From the NCBI GenBank assembly GCA_017477035.1, contig JAFUXW010000002.1:1-54308 (forward strand): 54,308 bases of DNA, in the 5' to 3' direction. This document shows positions 16,964-26,152 of this stretch, piece after piece (position 1 is the first letter of the stretch; each line of letters begins with the position of its first letter). Below the pieces are notes generated by a model that was not told where the DNA came from, searched no databases, and was given only the letters and a program-made list of their open reading frames with translations. The stretch is from Alphaproteobacteria bacterium. GTDB taxonomy: Bacteria; Pseudomonadota; Alphaproteobacteria; RF32; CAG-239. Position numbers and translations under genes: made by a program.

Positions 16964-17361
16964 TGTGGTGTAACGAGTATATAAACATACCTTTTAAAGA
17001 ACACGGTCGTGACCGTTCTGGTTGCGATTGTTGGGGTTTAGCACGTGTTATTTATAAAGAACAACTTGGAATAGATTTACCAACGTTGATAGATTATGAA
17101 AACACCAAAGATACTCAAGCTATTACAGAATTATATGAAAAAGAACATTTAACATGGGAAGAAGTACCTGTAGGTCAAGAAAAAGAGTTTGATATATTAG
17201 TATTTAAAATATTAGGCTTGCCAACGCATATTGGAATTGTTATAAATAAAGGTATAATGATTCATTGTGAGTATAAAATTGGTACTCATATAACAGAATA
17301 CAATCGTGAAGTTCAATGGCGAAATCGTCTTGCAGGAGTTTATAGATATGCAAAACACTAA
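16963..17361 (+). CDS. NlpC/P60 tail tip protein (gpK-like)
   Basis: Catalytic Cys context DRSGCDCWGLARVIY, His in PTHIGIV and MIHC. Confidence 0.75.
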   Translation: MWCNEYINIPFKEHGRDRSGCDCWGLARVIYKEQLGIDLPTLIDYENTKDTQAITELYEKEHLTWEEVPVGQEKEFDILVFKILGLPTHIGIVINKGIMIHCEYKIGTHITEYNREVQWRNRLAGVYRYAKH

Positions 17362-20300
17362 TGTTACAGTTCAAACATCTTTAATGCCATTCAAAAGAAC
17401 TTTTGACACGGTAGGTTTAAATCATTGTAAGACTTTACAAGATGTTGTTAATTGTATGATTCCTTACAATTTTGCAGATTGTAAACTGGTGGTAGTTTAT
17501 AACGGTAATGTAATACATACAGAGTATAAATCTGTAATTTTAAAAGAAAACGATTTAATTGGATTAAATTTTGTGCCTATGGGTGGTGGTCGTGGTGGTA
17601 AAAATACCGTTATGATGATAGGGTTGGTAGTTGCCGCTATTGCTTTACCATGGGCTGCTGGTCTTGCTTATGGAGCTATTGCTGCCAGTGCTTATGGTGC
17701 AGCATTAGGTACTGTAGGTGGTGTTTCAATTTTAGGAGGTATAGCATACGGTGCTACATTAGTAGCTGGTTCGTTATTGTTATCAATGGCTCAATCAGCA
17801 TTAATGTCTACTCCTAAACAATCTTCAGGTACTCGTACATCTGAATCACAGACTTCATTTATTGAAGGTGCGAGAAACAGTATCAATAAATATGGTGTAA
17901 TACCGATAAATCTTGGCACGAATCGAATTTTCCCTAATCAAGCAGCGTTACCGTTTACTGAAAGTTCTGCACAGGGTAAAGAACAGTATATCAGACAACT
18001 TTTTACTTATGGTTATGGAAAATTATTGATAACAGACCGTAAACTTGGTGAAACTGAATTAAATAAATTTGAAGGTGTTGAAACAGATGATAAATTAAAC
18101 GGTGATTTAAATCAGGGAACTTCTTTATATGCTAATGATGTATATCAACAAGATTTAAATATAGCTTTAACTAAAATTGATGGATATATAATTAGAACTA
18201 CGCAAACAGACGTTAACGAAGCCGAGATTGATGTTAGTTTTCAAGGTTTATGTCGTTATAAAGATGATGGTAGTAAAAATACTGCAACAGTGCAATTCGA
18301 AGTTCAATATGCACCTACAGGAACACAGAATTGGTCTATACCAACAGGTGGATTTCAGATTACAAATACTCAAAGTTTAACTTTAAATTTAAGTCAAACG
18401 AACATTGGAAAACTTGATTTTATTTTTATTCGTTATGATACAATAAACACTTTTATTATTTTAGATACTTATAACGGTAGTGTTTATAGCAAACAAGTTA
18501 GTTGTAATCAAAACACTGTAACATGGCCTAGTTTACCAGAAGGCAATGTGGTTTTAGGTTATATACGTGGGCAGAGGTATATATCAAACGCTTACACACC
18601 GTTGGAATATATCGACAATCATGCCAGTCTTGTTGGTAAATATATAAATAGTATTAACGATTTTGTTGTTACTTGTAATTTTTCAAATTATAATGCTGTT
18701 GGTGTAAGTATATCTGGTGGTTACATTAAAGGTGTTACTGGAACTATGACAGTTTCAGCAGCTACATCTGTTGCTTTAAGAAAAAGTAAAAGATTTATTT
18801 TTCCTATTAAAGGTCAATATGATATTCGTATCAGACGTTTAACAGATGATTCAACAGATGATAAAATGATTGATAAATCTTATTGGACAGCTTTGAAATC
18901 AATATCGTACGTTAATCCTGTTAGTTTTGCTGATATATCAGGCACAGCTATGAGAATTAAAGCCAGTGATCAATTGTCCGGTGCTGTTGATAGTTATAAT
19001 GTTATAGCATCAACTTTGTTAAAAAGATATAATCCTAATAATAATACATGGGAAGATAATAAAATCAGTTCAAATCCTGCTGATATTTTCCGTTATGTTT
19101 TACAATCACCTGCTTTTGCTAAACATTTACCAGATAGTAAAATTGATATAGAAAAATTGGAAGAATGGTGGGTTTATTGTGATTCAAATAGTTTAACTTA
19201 CAATAGAGTTATCGACTATGATACAAGCGTTGATGACGTTTTAAACGATATTTGTGCTGCTGGTGTAGCAACGTTATCTAAAGTTAATAATATATACAGT
19301 GTTATTATTGATAACGAGCGTCCTATAATTAAAGGTATGGTAACACCTCGTAATAGTTGGGATTACAAAGGTAATATTAACTATCCTGATCTTCCGCACG
19401 CTTTAAGAATAGAATTTAGAAACGAAGAAAAAGGTTATGAAACTGATGAAAGAATCGTGTATGCTGATGGATATAATGAAAATAACGCAACTTTATATGA
19501 AAGATTAGAATTTCCTTCTTGTACCAACGCTTCTTTAGCTTATTGGTACGGTAGACGTTATTTTGCAACAGCTATTCTTCAACCAGAAACACATAGTTTT
19601 AAAATGGATTTTGAAAGTATGACATTTAATCGAGGTGATAGAATAACACTTGTCAACGATGTCATTCTTGTCGGTGTTGGTCAAGGGCGTATTAAAGAAT
19701 TATTAGTCGACAATGTTAATAATCCAAGTGTTGTATTAGGTTTTACAATTGATGATAAATTGAATATACCTGAAAGCATTAATCTTGCTGTCCGTATTAG
19801 GGATAATAATGTTACTCAAGGTTATAAATATCATCTGTTAGAGCCTACACAAGGTGTTACAGATATGTTTACGTTTAGTAGCCCTGTAACATATAATGAA
19901 GCTCCAGCAATTGGTAGTCTTTGCGCTTTTGTAGAAGATGGTAAAGAATTAGATTTGATTATTACACAAATTAAACCTAATAAAGACCAATCTGCTACCA
20001 TAACGGCTGTTGACTATGCACCAGATAGATTTAAACCTTTAGGTGTTATACCTGAGTTTAATAGTAATATAACTATCCCAGCTGATTTTTATCAACCTTA
20101 TGCACCTATTTTGGTTAACAATGGTATTCAAACTGATGAAACAGTTATGATTAAAAACACAGATGGTTCTTTTACATCTGTCGCTGTAATTTCTTTGGTT
20201 AACAGAAACGAGGATAATGTTAACCCTATTATTTTCATTAGAGTTAGAAATACAACTGAATGGTATAAACCGACAACTCTTAAAAGAGAAGCAAATGAAA

Positions 20301-21430
20301 TTGTTATAACTGGTTTAAAGGATGGTGAATATTATGATTTCGATATTCGTTATCAACGTCAAACAGGTTTACAATTAGTTTCAGAATCGTTAATAATTGA
20401 GAATGTAAAATTTATTGGTGGCTCTACACCACCTGCTAATGTTCAGAAATTTAGAACAAGTGTCACAAACGGTTTGGGTTTGTTTACATGGTCACCGAAT
20501 GAAGATTTAGATATTTCACATTACGTTATCAGATACAGTGGTTTAACCAGTAACGTCACTTGGGATAATGCTCAAATTGTTATGGATAACATAAAAGGAA
20601 CATCTGTTACAATCGTTATTCATAAAGGTACATACTTAATTAAAGCTGTAGATTATTACGGAAATGAAAGTATTGAACCTGCTGCCATTATATCAAATGA
20701 CACCGGTGCTTATGAAAACGTTGTTGAAACATTTGTTGAAGAACCTGATTGGTTAGGTAACAAAGTCAACGTTGTTAAATCTGGTAATTTAATTGAGTTA
20801 GCTCAGGGAGCTACCGAAGGTTATTATTATTTTGAAAATCAGTCTTTTGATTTAGGTGATGTTTACAATTGTTCTTTAACAGCTAATGTTTTTTCAGCTC
20901 TTGAAAAACGTAACCGAATTAGAGATATTAATACAGGTATTAGAAACATTACTGGTGGTATAAGAGATATAGGCTCTGGTTGGAATAATACAGCTGATTG
21001 GCTTGTTGAATTACAAATGAATTTATCAGAAGATGGTGTTAATTGGTCAGGTTGGGAAACATTTACAGCAAGTCAATTGAATTTTAGATGTATAAAATTT
21101 AGATTGTATTTACGTTGTGATAACATTGAAAATCTTACTGTACGTGTGAGTATTTGTCAGATTACGATAGATATGCCTGACAGATATGAAAGCGGTGAAG
21201 ATATAGAGATTACAAATGCCGACGCTGGTACTGTAATTACATATAATACACCGTTTAGAAATAATCCGTCTGTAAACATTACGGTACAAGACGGAGCTGT
21301 AGATGATAAAATTGAATTTGTATCGAAAACTAATACAGGCTTTACAATTAAAGTTTTTAATGCTACACTTAATTCGTATGTTACTAGATCGTTTGATTAT
21401 TTGTCGGCCGGTTATGGAAAGATAATATAG
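17348..21430 (+). CDS. tail tip / host specificity protein, fused gpI-like plus gpJ-like
   Basis: Start moved to ATG 17348. N-terminal 110 aa with LNFVPMGGGRGGKN plus a hydrophobic Gly/Ala segment is gpI-like. GARNSINKYGVIPINLGTNRIFP onward is gpJ-like. FN3-like PPANVQKFRT...WSP near the C-terminus. Confidence 0.8.
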   Translation: MQNTNVTVQTSLMPFKRTFDTVGLNHCKTLQDVVNCMIPYNFADCKLVVVYNGNVIHTEYKSVILKENDLIGLNFVPMGGGRGGKNTVMMIGLVVAAIALPWAAGLAYGAIAASAYGAALGTVGGVSILGGIAYGATLVAGSLLLSMAQSALMSTPKQSSGTRTSESQTSFIEGARNSINKYGVIPINLGTNRIFPNQAALPFTESSAQGKEQYIRQLFTYGYGKLLITDRKLGETELNKFEGVETDDKLNGDLNQGTSLYANDVYQQDLNIALTKIDGYIIRTTQTDVNEAEIDVSFQGLCRYKDDGSKNTATVQFEVQYAPTGTQNWSIPTGGFQITNTQSLTLNLSQTNIGKLDFIFIRYDTINTFIILDTYNGSVYSKQVSCNQNTVTWPSLPEGNVVLGYIRGQRYISNAYTPLEYIDNHASLVGKYINSINDFVVTCNFSNYNAVGVSISGGYIKGVTGTMTVSAATSVALRKSKRFIFPIKGQYDIRIRRLTDDSTDDKMIDKSYWTALKSISYVNPVSFADISGTAMRIKASDQLSGAVDSYNVIASTLLKRYNPNNNTWEDNKISSNPADIFRYVLQSPAFAKHLPDSKIDIEKLEEWWVYCDSNSLTYNRVIDYDTSVDDVLNDICAAGVATLSKVNNIYSVIIDNERPIIKGMVTPRNSWDYKGNINYPDLPHALRIEFRNEEKGYETDERIVYADGYNENNATLYERLEFPSCTNASLAYWYGRRYFATAILQPETHSFKMDFESMTFNRGDRITLVNDVILVGVGQGRIKELLVDNVNNPSVVLGFTIDDKLNIPESINLAVRIRDNNVTQGYKYHLLEPTQGVTDMFTFSSPVTYNEAPAIGSLCAFVEDGKELDLIITQIKPNKDQSATITAVDYAPDRFKPLGVIPEFNSNITIPADFYQPYAPILVNNGIQTDETVMIKNTDGSFTSVAVISLVNRNEDNVNPIIFIRVRNTTEWYKPTTLKREANEIVITGLKDGEYYDFDIRYQRQTGLQLVSESLIIENVKFIGGSTPPANVQKFRTSVTNGLGLFTWSPNEDLDISHYVIRYSGLTSNVTWDNAQIVMDNIKGTSVTIVIHKGTYLIKAVDYYGNESIEPAAIISNDTGAYENVVETFVEEPDWLGNKVNVVKSGNLIELAQGATEGYYYFENQSFDLGDVYNCSLTANVFSALEKRNRIRDINTGIRNITGGIRDIGSGWNNTADWLVELQMNLSEDGVNWSGWETFTASQLNFRCIKFRLYLRCDNIENLTVRVSICQITIDMPDRYESGEDIEITNADAGTVITYNTPFRNNPSVNITVQDGAVDDKIEFVSKTNTGFTIKVFNATLNSYVTRSFDYLSAGYGKII

Positions 21431-21439
21431 GAGGTATAA

Positions 21440-22477
21440 ATGGCTCAAAACAGTGTAAATTACAGTAATAATCCAACAGGACCGGAGTTATTGGATGATT
21501 ATTTAGATAAAGAACAAGAAAACATTTTAACTTCTAATAGTGGTATTCAACGACCGTCTTATGCTGATGTAGGTACAAAATGGTTGGATATATCATCAAC
21601 ACCTTGGAAGTTGATGATATTTGATGGTACAAATGATGTAATCATCGGTAGTGTTAATCCAGTGACGCACGCTTTTACCCCTGCAGGGATAGATACAGCG
21701 GTTCTTCTGACCGGTGATCAGAGTATCGGTGGAATTAAAACTTTTACCGTAAGTCCACAAGTTCCGACTGCTGCGAGCGGGGACAATTCAACCAAAGCAG
21801 CAAGTACGGCGTTTGTCACATCGGCAGATAATAATTTGCAAACACAGATTAATGCAAAAGCAAATAATAACGCCGTTGTTCATTTGACCGGCAATGAAAC
21901 GATCAGCGGATATAAAATTTTGACCGGCGGTGTGACTTTAAAATCTATCGCTAATATGCAGGAGGGCGGAACATATATCAACGGCAATCCGTCTGTTGTA
22001 CAAAGATTTGGGACGATTCAATTTTTGGATAGTGCAGACATATTAAGAGGTTATACGCACAACTATCAGGGAACAAACGGTGATGTAGTTACAGTTCTTA
22101 ATGCTACAAATACAACATATTCATCAAATTTGCTTGTAGGCGTTAAACAAAACGGTACAAGCTATGTTAAAGCTCCTGCAAGCGATGAGGTTAATTCTGT
22201 TGTTACAACGATAAATAAAAGCAAATCGGAAAACGGTTATTTTAAGCTTGGTAACGGATTAATTATCCAGTGGGGGCATAGCTCGATAGACGGCAATCAA
22301 GTAACACTACCTACCCCGTTTAGTAATACCAATTACAGGATTTGTGCAACCTATATGAAAGCTTCCGGGAATCTTGGAAGCGGATATGGACACGTTGTGA
22401 CTTATCCAACATATACAACTTCTTTTTATGCAAATACGGAAGCTGGTGAATATCAGTGGATTGCAATCGGTTATTAA
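21440..22477 (+). CDS. tail fibre protein
   Basis: GDQSIGGIKTFTVSPQVPTAASGDNSTKAASTAFV is a typical fibre shaft motif; the C-terminal half is GC-richer. Confidence 0.65.
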   Translation: MAQNSVNYSNNPTGPELLDDYLDKEQENILTSNSGIQRPSYADVGTKWLDISSTPWKLMIFDGTNDVIIGSVNPVTHAFTPAGIDTAVLLTGDQSIGGIKTFTVSPQVPTAASGDNSTKAASTAFVTSADNNLQTQINAKANNNAVVHLTGNETISGYKILTGGVTLKSIANMQEGGTYINGNPSVVQRFGTIQFLDSADILRGYTHNYQGTNGDVVTVLNATNTTYSSNLLVGVKQNGTSYVKAPASDEVNSVVTTINKSKSENGYFKLGNGLIIQWGHSSIDGNQVTLPTPFSNTNYRICATYMKASGNLGSGYGHVVTYPTYTTSFYANTEAGEYQWIAIGY

Positions 22478-22488
22478 GGAGAAATAAA

Positions 22489-22839
22489 ATGACAGATTAT
22501 TCAAATTGGAAAATCAAACAAAGTGACCTCGAACAAAAGCAAGAGGAATATACAGAAGTTGCTGATTGGTGTAATGAAAGCGGACAATATCATATTGAGC
22601 CGGTCGGAGAGTATTACGCTGTTGTGGAAAATCCTGCTCCTGTACCACCGACTGATGAAGAAATCAGACAAATGCGTATCAATTATCGTAGAGAACATAT
22701 TGATGATCAAACTGCTGAACGTTCTCGTAAAATGGCAAACGGCTCTTGGACTGATGAAGATGAACAGGCTTACTTGGCACTTGATGCAGAAGTAACAGCA
22801 TATATTGAAGAACATTATCCTTATCCAGAACAACGATAG
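22489..22839 (+). CDS. acidic hypothetical protein (possible fibre assembly factor)
   Basis: Start moved to ATG 22489 (GGAGA SD); position after the fibre gene. Confidence 0.4.
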   Translation: MTDYSNWKIKQSDLEQKQEEYTEVADWCNESGQYHIEPVGEYYAVVENPAPVPPTDEEIRQMRINYRREHIDDQTAERSRKMANGSWTDEDEQAYLALDAEVTAYIEEHYPYPEQR

Positions 22840-22891
22840 TTGACAATGTTTTTCAATTCTGTTAACGTTATAATTGAAAGTGAGTTTAGCT

Positions 22892-23098
22892 ATGGATAAC
22901 AAAGAAATGATTGAAGTTATAAGAGAAGCGCGTAAAGCCGGTATGCAAACAGCCCTACTTATGTTCGGTGCTTTATTGTTGACATCTTTGTTATTTGGAT
23001 TTTACATTTATAAAAGTTTCAATGATACACCAACGAATTATGTTACCGCATCTCAGACTAACGAATCAGGTGATAACAGTATTACACAAGGTGAATAA
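22892..23098 (+). CDS. small membrane protein (one TM)
   Basis: TM ALLMFGALLLTSLLFGFYIY; start set to ATG 22892. Confidence 0.45.
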   Translation: MDNKEMIEVIREARKAGMQTALLMFGALLLTSLLFGFYIYKSFNDTPTNYVTASQTNESGDNSITQGE

Positions 23099-23100
23099 AG

Positions 23101-23193
23101 ATGGCATCTCAAAAGATAGTTTTAGCGTCTAGAATCACACGTCGTAGAGGTCATGGCGGCAGAGGAGGTCGTCGTGCAACACGTAAAGGTTAA
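23101..23193 (+). CDS. possible 30-aa highly basic peptide (MASQKIVLASRITRRRGHGGRGGRRATRKG)
   Basis: Below the ORF-track cutoff; AAGGTGA 7 nt upstream; overlaps the annotated start of the next ORF. Confidence 0.25.
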   Translation: MASQKIVLASRITRRRGHGGRGGRRATRKG

Positions 23194-23425
23194 AATAATT
23201 GCTTTATGGTTGCATATATGGCTTAAAAGGATTGCTAAACGTTATCCTGACTTTTTTCAACGAATGATTAATGACATTGTTGATAGTGATAAAGGTCGTA
23301 TTATTATGCATGCTAGATATGTTCAACGTTTAAAATTTAAAGAAATTCCTGAAATTGTACATCTTGAAGAACGACAAGTTTATAAAATACATCAACAAAT
23401 CATCAGTAAACTAATAAATCTTTAA
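23153..23425 (+). CDS. sigma-70 region-4-like HTH regulator
   Basis: GRIIMHARYVQRLKFKEIPEIVHLEERQVYKIHQQIISKL fits the region-4 HTH pattern; start uncertain. Confidence 0.4.
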   Translation: MAAEEVVVQHVKVKIIALWLHIWLKRIAKRYPDFFQRMINDIVDSDKGRIIMHARYVQRLKFKEIPEIVHLEERQVYKIHQQIISKLINL

Positions 23426-23430
23426 AATCA

Positions 23431-23463
23431 AATGGTTAGGAGTACATATCCTAGCCATTTTTT
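23431..23463 (+). terminator. intrinsic terminator
   Basis: 11-bp stem AATGGTTAGGA / TCCTAGCCATT (one G-U), loop GTACATA, T6. Confidence 0.75.
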
Positions 23464-23518
23464 AATGCTTTAAGCTCTGCTAACCTTGTTAATGTAATCA
23501 ACATTAGCGAGGTTTGAA

Positions 23519-23956
23519 ATGTATAATAACAATTTTAATCAATTTTATCCTTATGGTGTGCAACAGCCAATGCCTATGCCACCGCAAACTCAACCTATTC
23601 AACAATTTCAACAACAATTACCACAAGCATCTTGTTATTTCGTTAAGTCTATAGATGAACTGTCAGGTGTTAGAATAATGCCTAACATTTATTGCATGGG
23701 CATTAACAAGGACGGTAAAGAAATTTATGTCCGTAGAATGAACAACGATGGCAATATTGAAGTTGAAACTTACAGTTTGAAGTCCGAATCCAAGGAGAAA
23801 TCTGAACTCGAAAAGATTACGGAAAGATTGACGAATATTGAAAACAGCTTAAAGGAGAAAAACAATGAACGGTTTGGTAAATATGTTAATCAACAACCTG
23901 CTCAACAACAGGCTCAGTACTATGCCTCAAATGCAACAACCACTTCAAATGTATAA
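23519..23956 (+). CDS. orphan cassette protein A (Q/P-rich N-terminus, coiled-coil C-terminus)
   Basis: 145 aa, GAGG SD; no characterised family recognised. Confidence 0.55.
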   Translation: MYNNNFNQFYPYGVQQPMPMPPQTQPIQQFQQQLPQASCYFVKSIDELSGVRIMPNIYCMGINKDGKEIYVRRMNNDGNIEVETYSLKSESKEKSELEKITERLTNIENSLKEKNNERFGKYVNQQPAQQQAQYYASNATTTSNV

Positions 23957-24104
23957 TCAGATGATGTCCGGTAAAAATCCTCAAGAGCAGTTTCAAACAA
24001 TTATGAATATGGCGAAATCTCAAAATTTTGATATTAACGCCAAAATTTTCACCGAGCAACAATTAAGACAGCTTGGTTTGAATATTCCTCACAGAAGTGA
24101 GTGA
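23865..24104 (+). CDS. orphan cassette protein B (Q/M/N-rich, 79 aa)
   Basis: Strong AAGGAG SD 7 nt upstream; overlaps A by 92 nt in another frame. Confidence 0.5.
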   Translation: MNGLVNMLINNLLNNRLSTMPQMQQPLQMYNQMMSGKNPQEQFQTIMNMAKSQNFDINAKIFTEQQLRQLGLNIPHRSE

Positions 24105-24136
24105 CTTGGTTTAACTTTTTTTTTGGAGAAAATAAA

Positions 24137-24829
24137 ATGGCTGAAGGAAATGGCTATAGTTTGGCCGATATTGCCGCCGCAATGGGTGGTAATGGAGGCT
24201 TTGGCGGAATGGGTGGCTCTTGGCTGACTATTCTTTTTTTAATCGTGTTAATGGGTGGTAACGGCGGTTTTGGTTGGGGAAACAACGCTTTCGCTAATGC
24301 TATCGGATATGAAAATTTGGCGACTTCTAACGAAGTTCAAAGAGGTTTTGATAATCAAAACTCCATGGCAAATCAGAGAGAGATTCTTGCTGCTGTCAAC
24401 AGCGGAACAGCTCAGTCTGTAGCTGCTACAAATCAAGTTTTTCATGATTTGGTAGGCTATGTAGGCGATAAATATGCTGAATTGGATAGAGATGTATTAG
24501 GTGTTTCTGCAGGTATTCAACAAGCTATCGCAAATCAGAACGCCTGCTGCTGCGATACGAAGATGCTCATCTCTGAGACTGCGGCACAGAATCGTTATGA
24601 TGCTTTGAAAAATACTAACGACATCAATGCCGTTACAATCGGTCAGACGCAGAAAATTCTTGATGCTTTGGCACAGAATAAAATCTCTGCTCTTGAGTCG
24701 CAAGTGGCTGATTTACGCTTGGCAAATCAAATGCAAGGAGTAGTACGTTATCCTGCATCTTGGACTTGGTCGGCTGGGCCTAGCCCATTCTGTAATTGCA
24801 ATGGTTGCGGTTGCGGATTTAACGGCTAA
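24137..24829 (+). CDS. orphan cassette protein C: Gly-rich/TM N-terminus, coiled coil, CCC motif, Cys/Gly tail
   Basis: Start moved to ATG 24137 (GGAGA SD). GGNGGFGGMGGSWLTILFLIVLMGGNGGFG, QRGFDNQ, ACCCDTK, C-terminal FCNCNGCGCGFNG. Confidence 0.55.
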   Translation: MAEGNGYSLADIAAAMGGNGGFGGMGGSWLTILFLIVLMGGNGGFGWGNNAFANAIGYENLATSNEVQRGFDNQNSMANQREILAAVNSGTAQSVAATNQVFHDLVGYVGDKYAELDRDVLGVSAGIQQAIANQNACCCDTKMLISETAAQNRYDALKNTNDINAVTIGQTQKILDALAQNKISALESQVADLRLANQMQGVVRYPASWTWSAGPSPFCNCNGCGCGFNG

Positions 24830-24842
24830 TTGTTGATAACTC

Positions 24843-24875
24843 GGCGGCGTTTAACCGCGCCGCCTGATTTTTTTT
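24843..24875 (+). terminator. intrinsic terminator inside the cassette
   Basis: GGCGGCG (24843-24849) / CGCCGCC (24858-24864), then T8. Confidence 0.7.
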
Positions 24876-24887
24876 AGGAGTAGAAAA

Positions 24888-25250
24888 ATGGCTTGTAATT
24901 GTAATTGTCCATATAAACATACCACAACTGCTTTAACCGCTGCTGGTGTGTTAACTGTTACCAACCCGAATAACGTTGGAAACTTTGATAAGTTTTGTTT
25001 AATACTTACTATCAACCCTGATAGCGTTATCACCGGTGTGCCGGTTGATTATACCGTAACAATTAATGGTACAGCGGTACCTATTTGGGATAGATGGGGT
25101 TATCCGATAACCACAGATAGGTTGTGTACGAGAAAATGTTATGTCGGCAGATATATAGAATCTGCAACACCACATTTAACATTACTTAACGCTTGTAGTA
25201 ATACAGCGTTAACAGGAGTGGCTACAGCGTCTGCAACTTCAGGGAGTTAA
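24888..25250 (+). CDS. orphan cassette protein D (Cys-rich N-terminus MACNCNCPYK, beta-rich)
   Basis: 120 aa, AGGAG SD. Confidence 0.55.
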   Translation: MACNCNCPYKHTTTALTAAGVLTVTNPNNVGNFDKFCLILTINPDSVITGVPVDYTVTINGTAVPIWDRWGYPITTDRLCTRKCYVGRYIESATPHLTLLNACSNTALTGVATASATSGS

Positions 25251-25255
25251 TCGAG

Positions 25256-25693
25256 ATGACTTTCAAAGATGTTATAATGAAATATATCAAGGATTTAAGT
25301 ATTGATGATATGGAAACTTTGACTTATAAAATTGATTGGTTTGTTGAAAAAGTTAAAATGACAAATCCAGAGCTTGTGGATAAATTTTTAATGAAAATAG
25401 ATTTACTGGTAAATCCACATTTTACCAAAGAGACGGCGGAATATGTTGTTTCAAGAATGAGTAACAAGGACGGAACAACCGGTGAACATTGGAATTATGA
25501 AACTACAGTGAAAGTTATGGATGGGAATTTCAACGAAGCCGATTGGTATTATGTACTTAATATGATATATTCAGATTATTATAAATCCGGTCGGTCTGAT
25601 GAAACTTACATCGGTTTAGCTAAAGACTTTATGGACGATAAAGATGCCCCTGAAGGTAAAGCTAAACGATATTACAAAGCGATGTGTGATTAA
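25256..25693 (+). CDS. orphan cassette protein E
   Basis: 145 aa; MSNKDGTTGEHWNYETT and YYVLNMIYSDYY motifs, recalled from uncharacterised Firmicute and phage proteins. Confidence 0.5.
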   Translation: MTFKDVIMKYIKDLSIDDMETLTYKIDWFVEKVKMTNPELVDKFLMKIDLLVNPHFTKETAEYVVSRMSNKDGTTGEHWNYETTVKVMDGNFNEADWYYVLNMIYSDYYKSGRSDETYIGLAKDFMDDKDAPEGKAKRYYKAMCD

Positions 25694-25698
25694 AACGG

Positions 25699-25731
25699 AA
25701 GGCGGTATAAAAAACCGCCTTGACTTTTTTT
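25699..25731 (+). terminator. intrinsic terminator
   Basis: AAGGCGGT / ACCGCCTT stem, then T7. Confidence 0.75.
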
Positions 25732-25746
25732 ATAAGGTGTGTAAAT

Positions 25747-26115
25747 ATGAAACCAGAGGTATTAAGAATGTCAAAGCAAGCGATAGTATTAGACACGATT
25801 AAAAAGACATCAAAGAAGGGTGGTATGACGGCGGCACAAATTAGACTTGCAGAGGCACAATCAGAGGATTATGCTGATATGAAAAAAGAAATTCAGGAAC
25901 TAAAAACTGATGTTAATGATGTTCGCAAAGAAGTCAGTGGAGTTAAAATTCAATTAGCAGAAATCAAAGGCGGAATTGATATATTGCTTGAAAATAACAA
26001 GATTAAATCTAAACTAATTGATAGTAAATATTTTTGGCTTTTTTTAATTGTGTTAATGATGCTGATTGCAGGTGTAAATCATCTTAGCGAGTTAAAAACA
26101 ATATTTGGTGGTTAA
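25747..26115 (+). CDS. XhlA-like / holin-associated membrane protein
   Basis: Start moved to ATG 25747 (AAGGTG SD; the track start lies in the terminator). Coiled coil, then C-terminal TM YFWLFLIVLMMLIAGV. Directly upstream of lysozyme. Confidence 0.45.
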   Translation: MKPEVLRMSKQAIVLDTIKKTSKKGGMTAAQIRLAEAQSEDYADMKKEIQELKTDVNDVRKEVSGVKIQLAEIKGGIDILLENNKIKSKLIDSKYFWLFLIVLMMLIAGVNHLSELKTIFGG

Positions 26116-26152
26116 AATGTGGTGGTTCACAAGATTATTCAAAGGAAAAGAA

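Noticed and set aside
22840-22874. TTGACA (22840-22845) and TATAAT (22869-22874) upstream of the small membrane protein gene
   Set aside because: The spacer is 23 nt, too long for a functional sigma70 promoter, and no better -35/-10 pairing is evident. Not annotated.
24851-25033. 60-aa minus-strand ORF overlapping the start of cassette gene D
   Set aside because: It runs antisense through a terminator hairpin and an AGGAG-led plus-strand gene, and has no SD.
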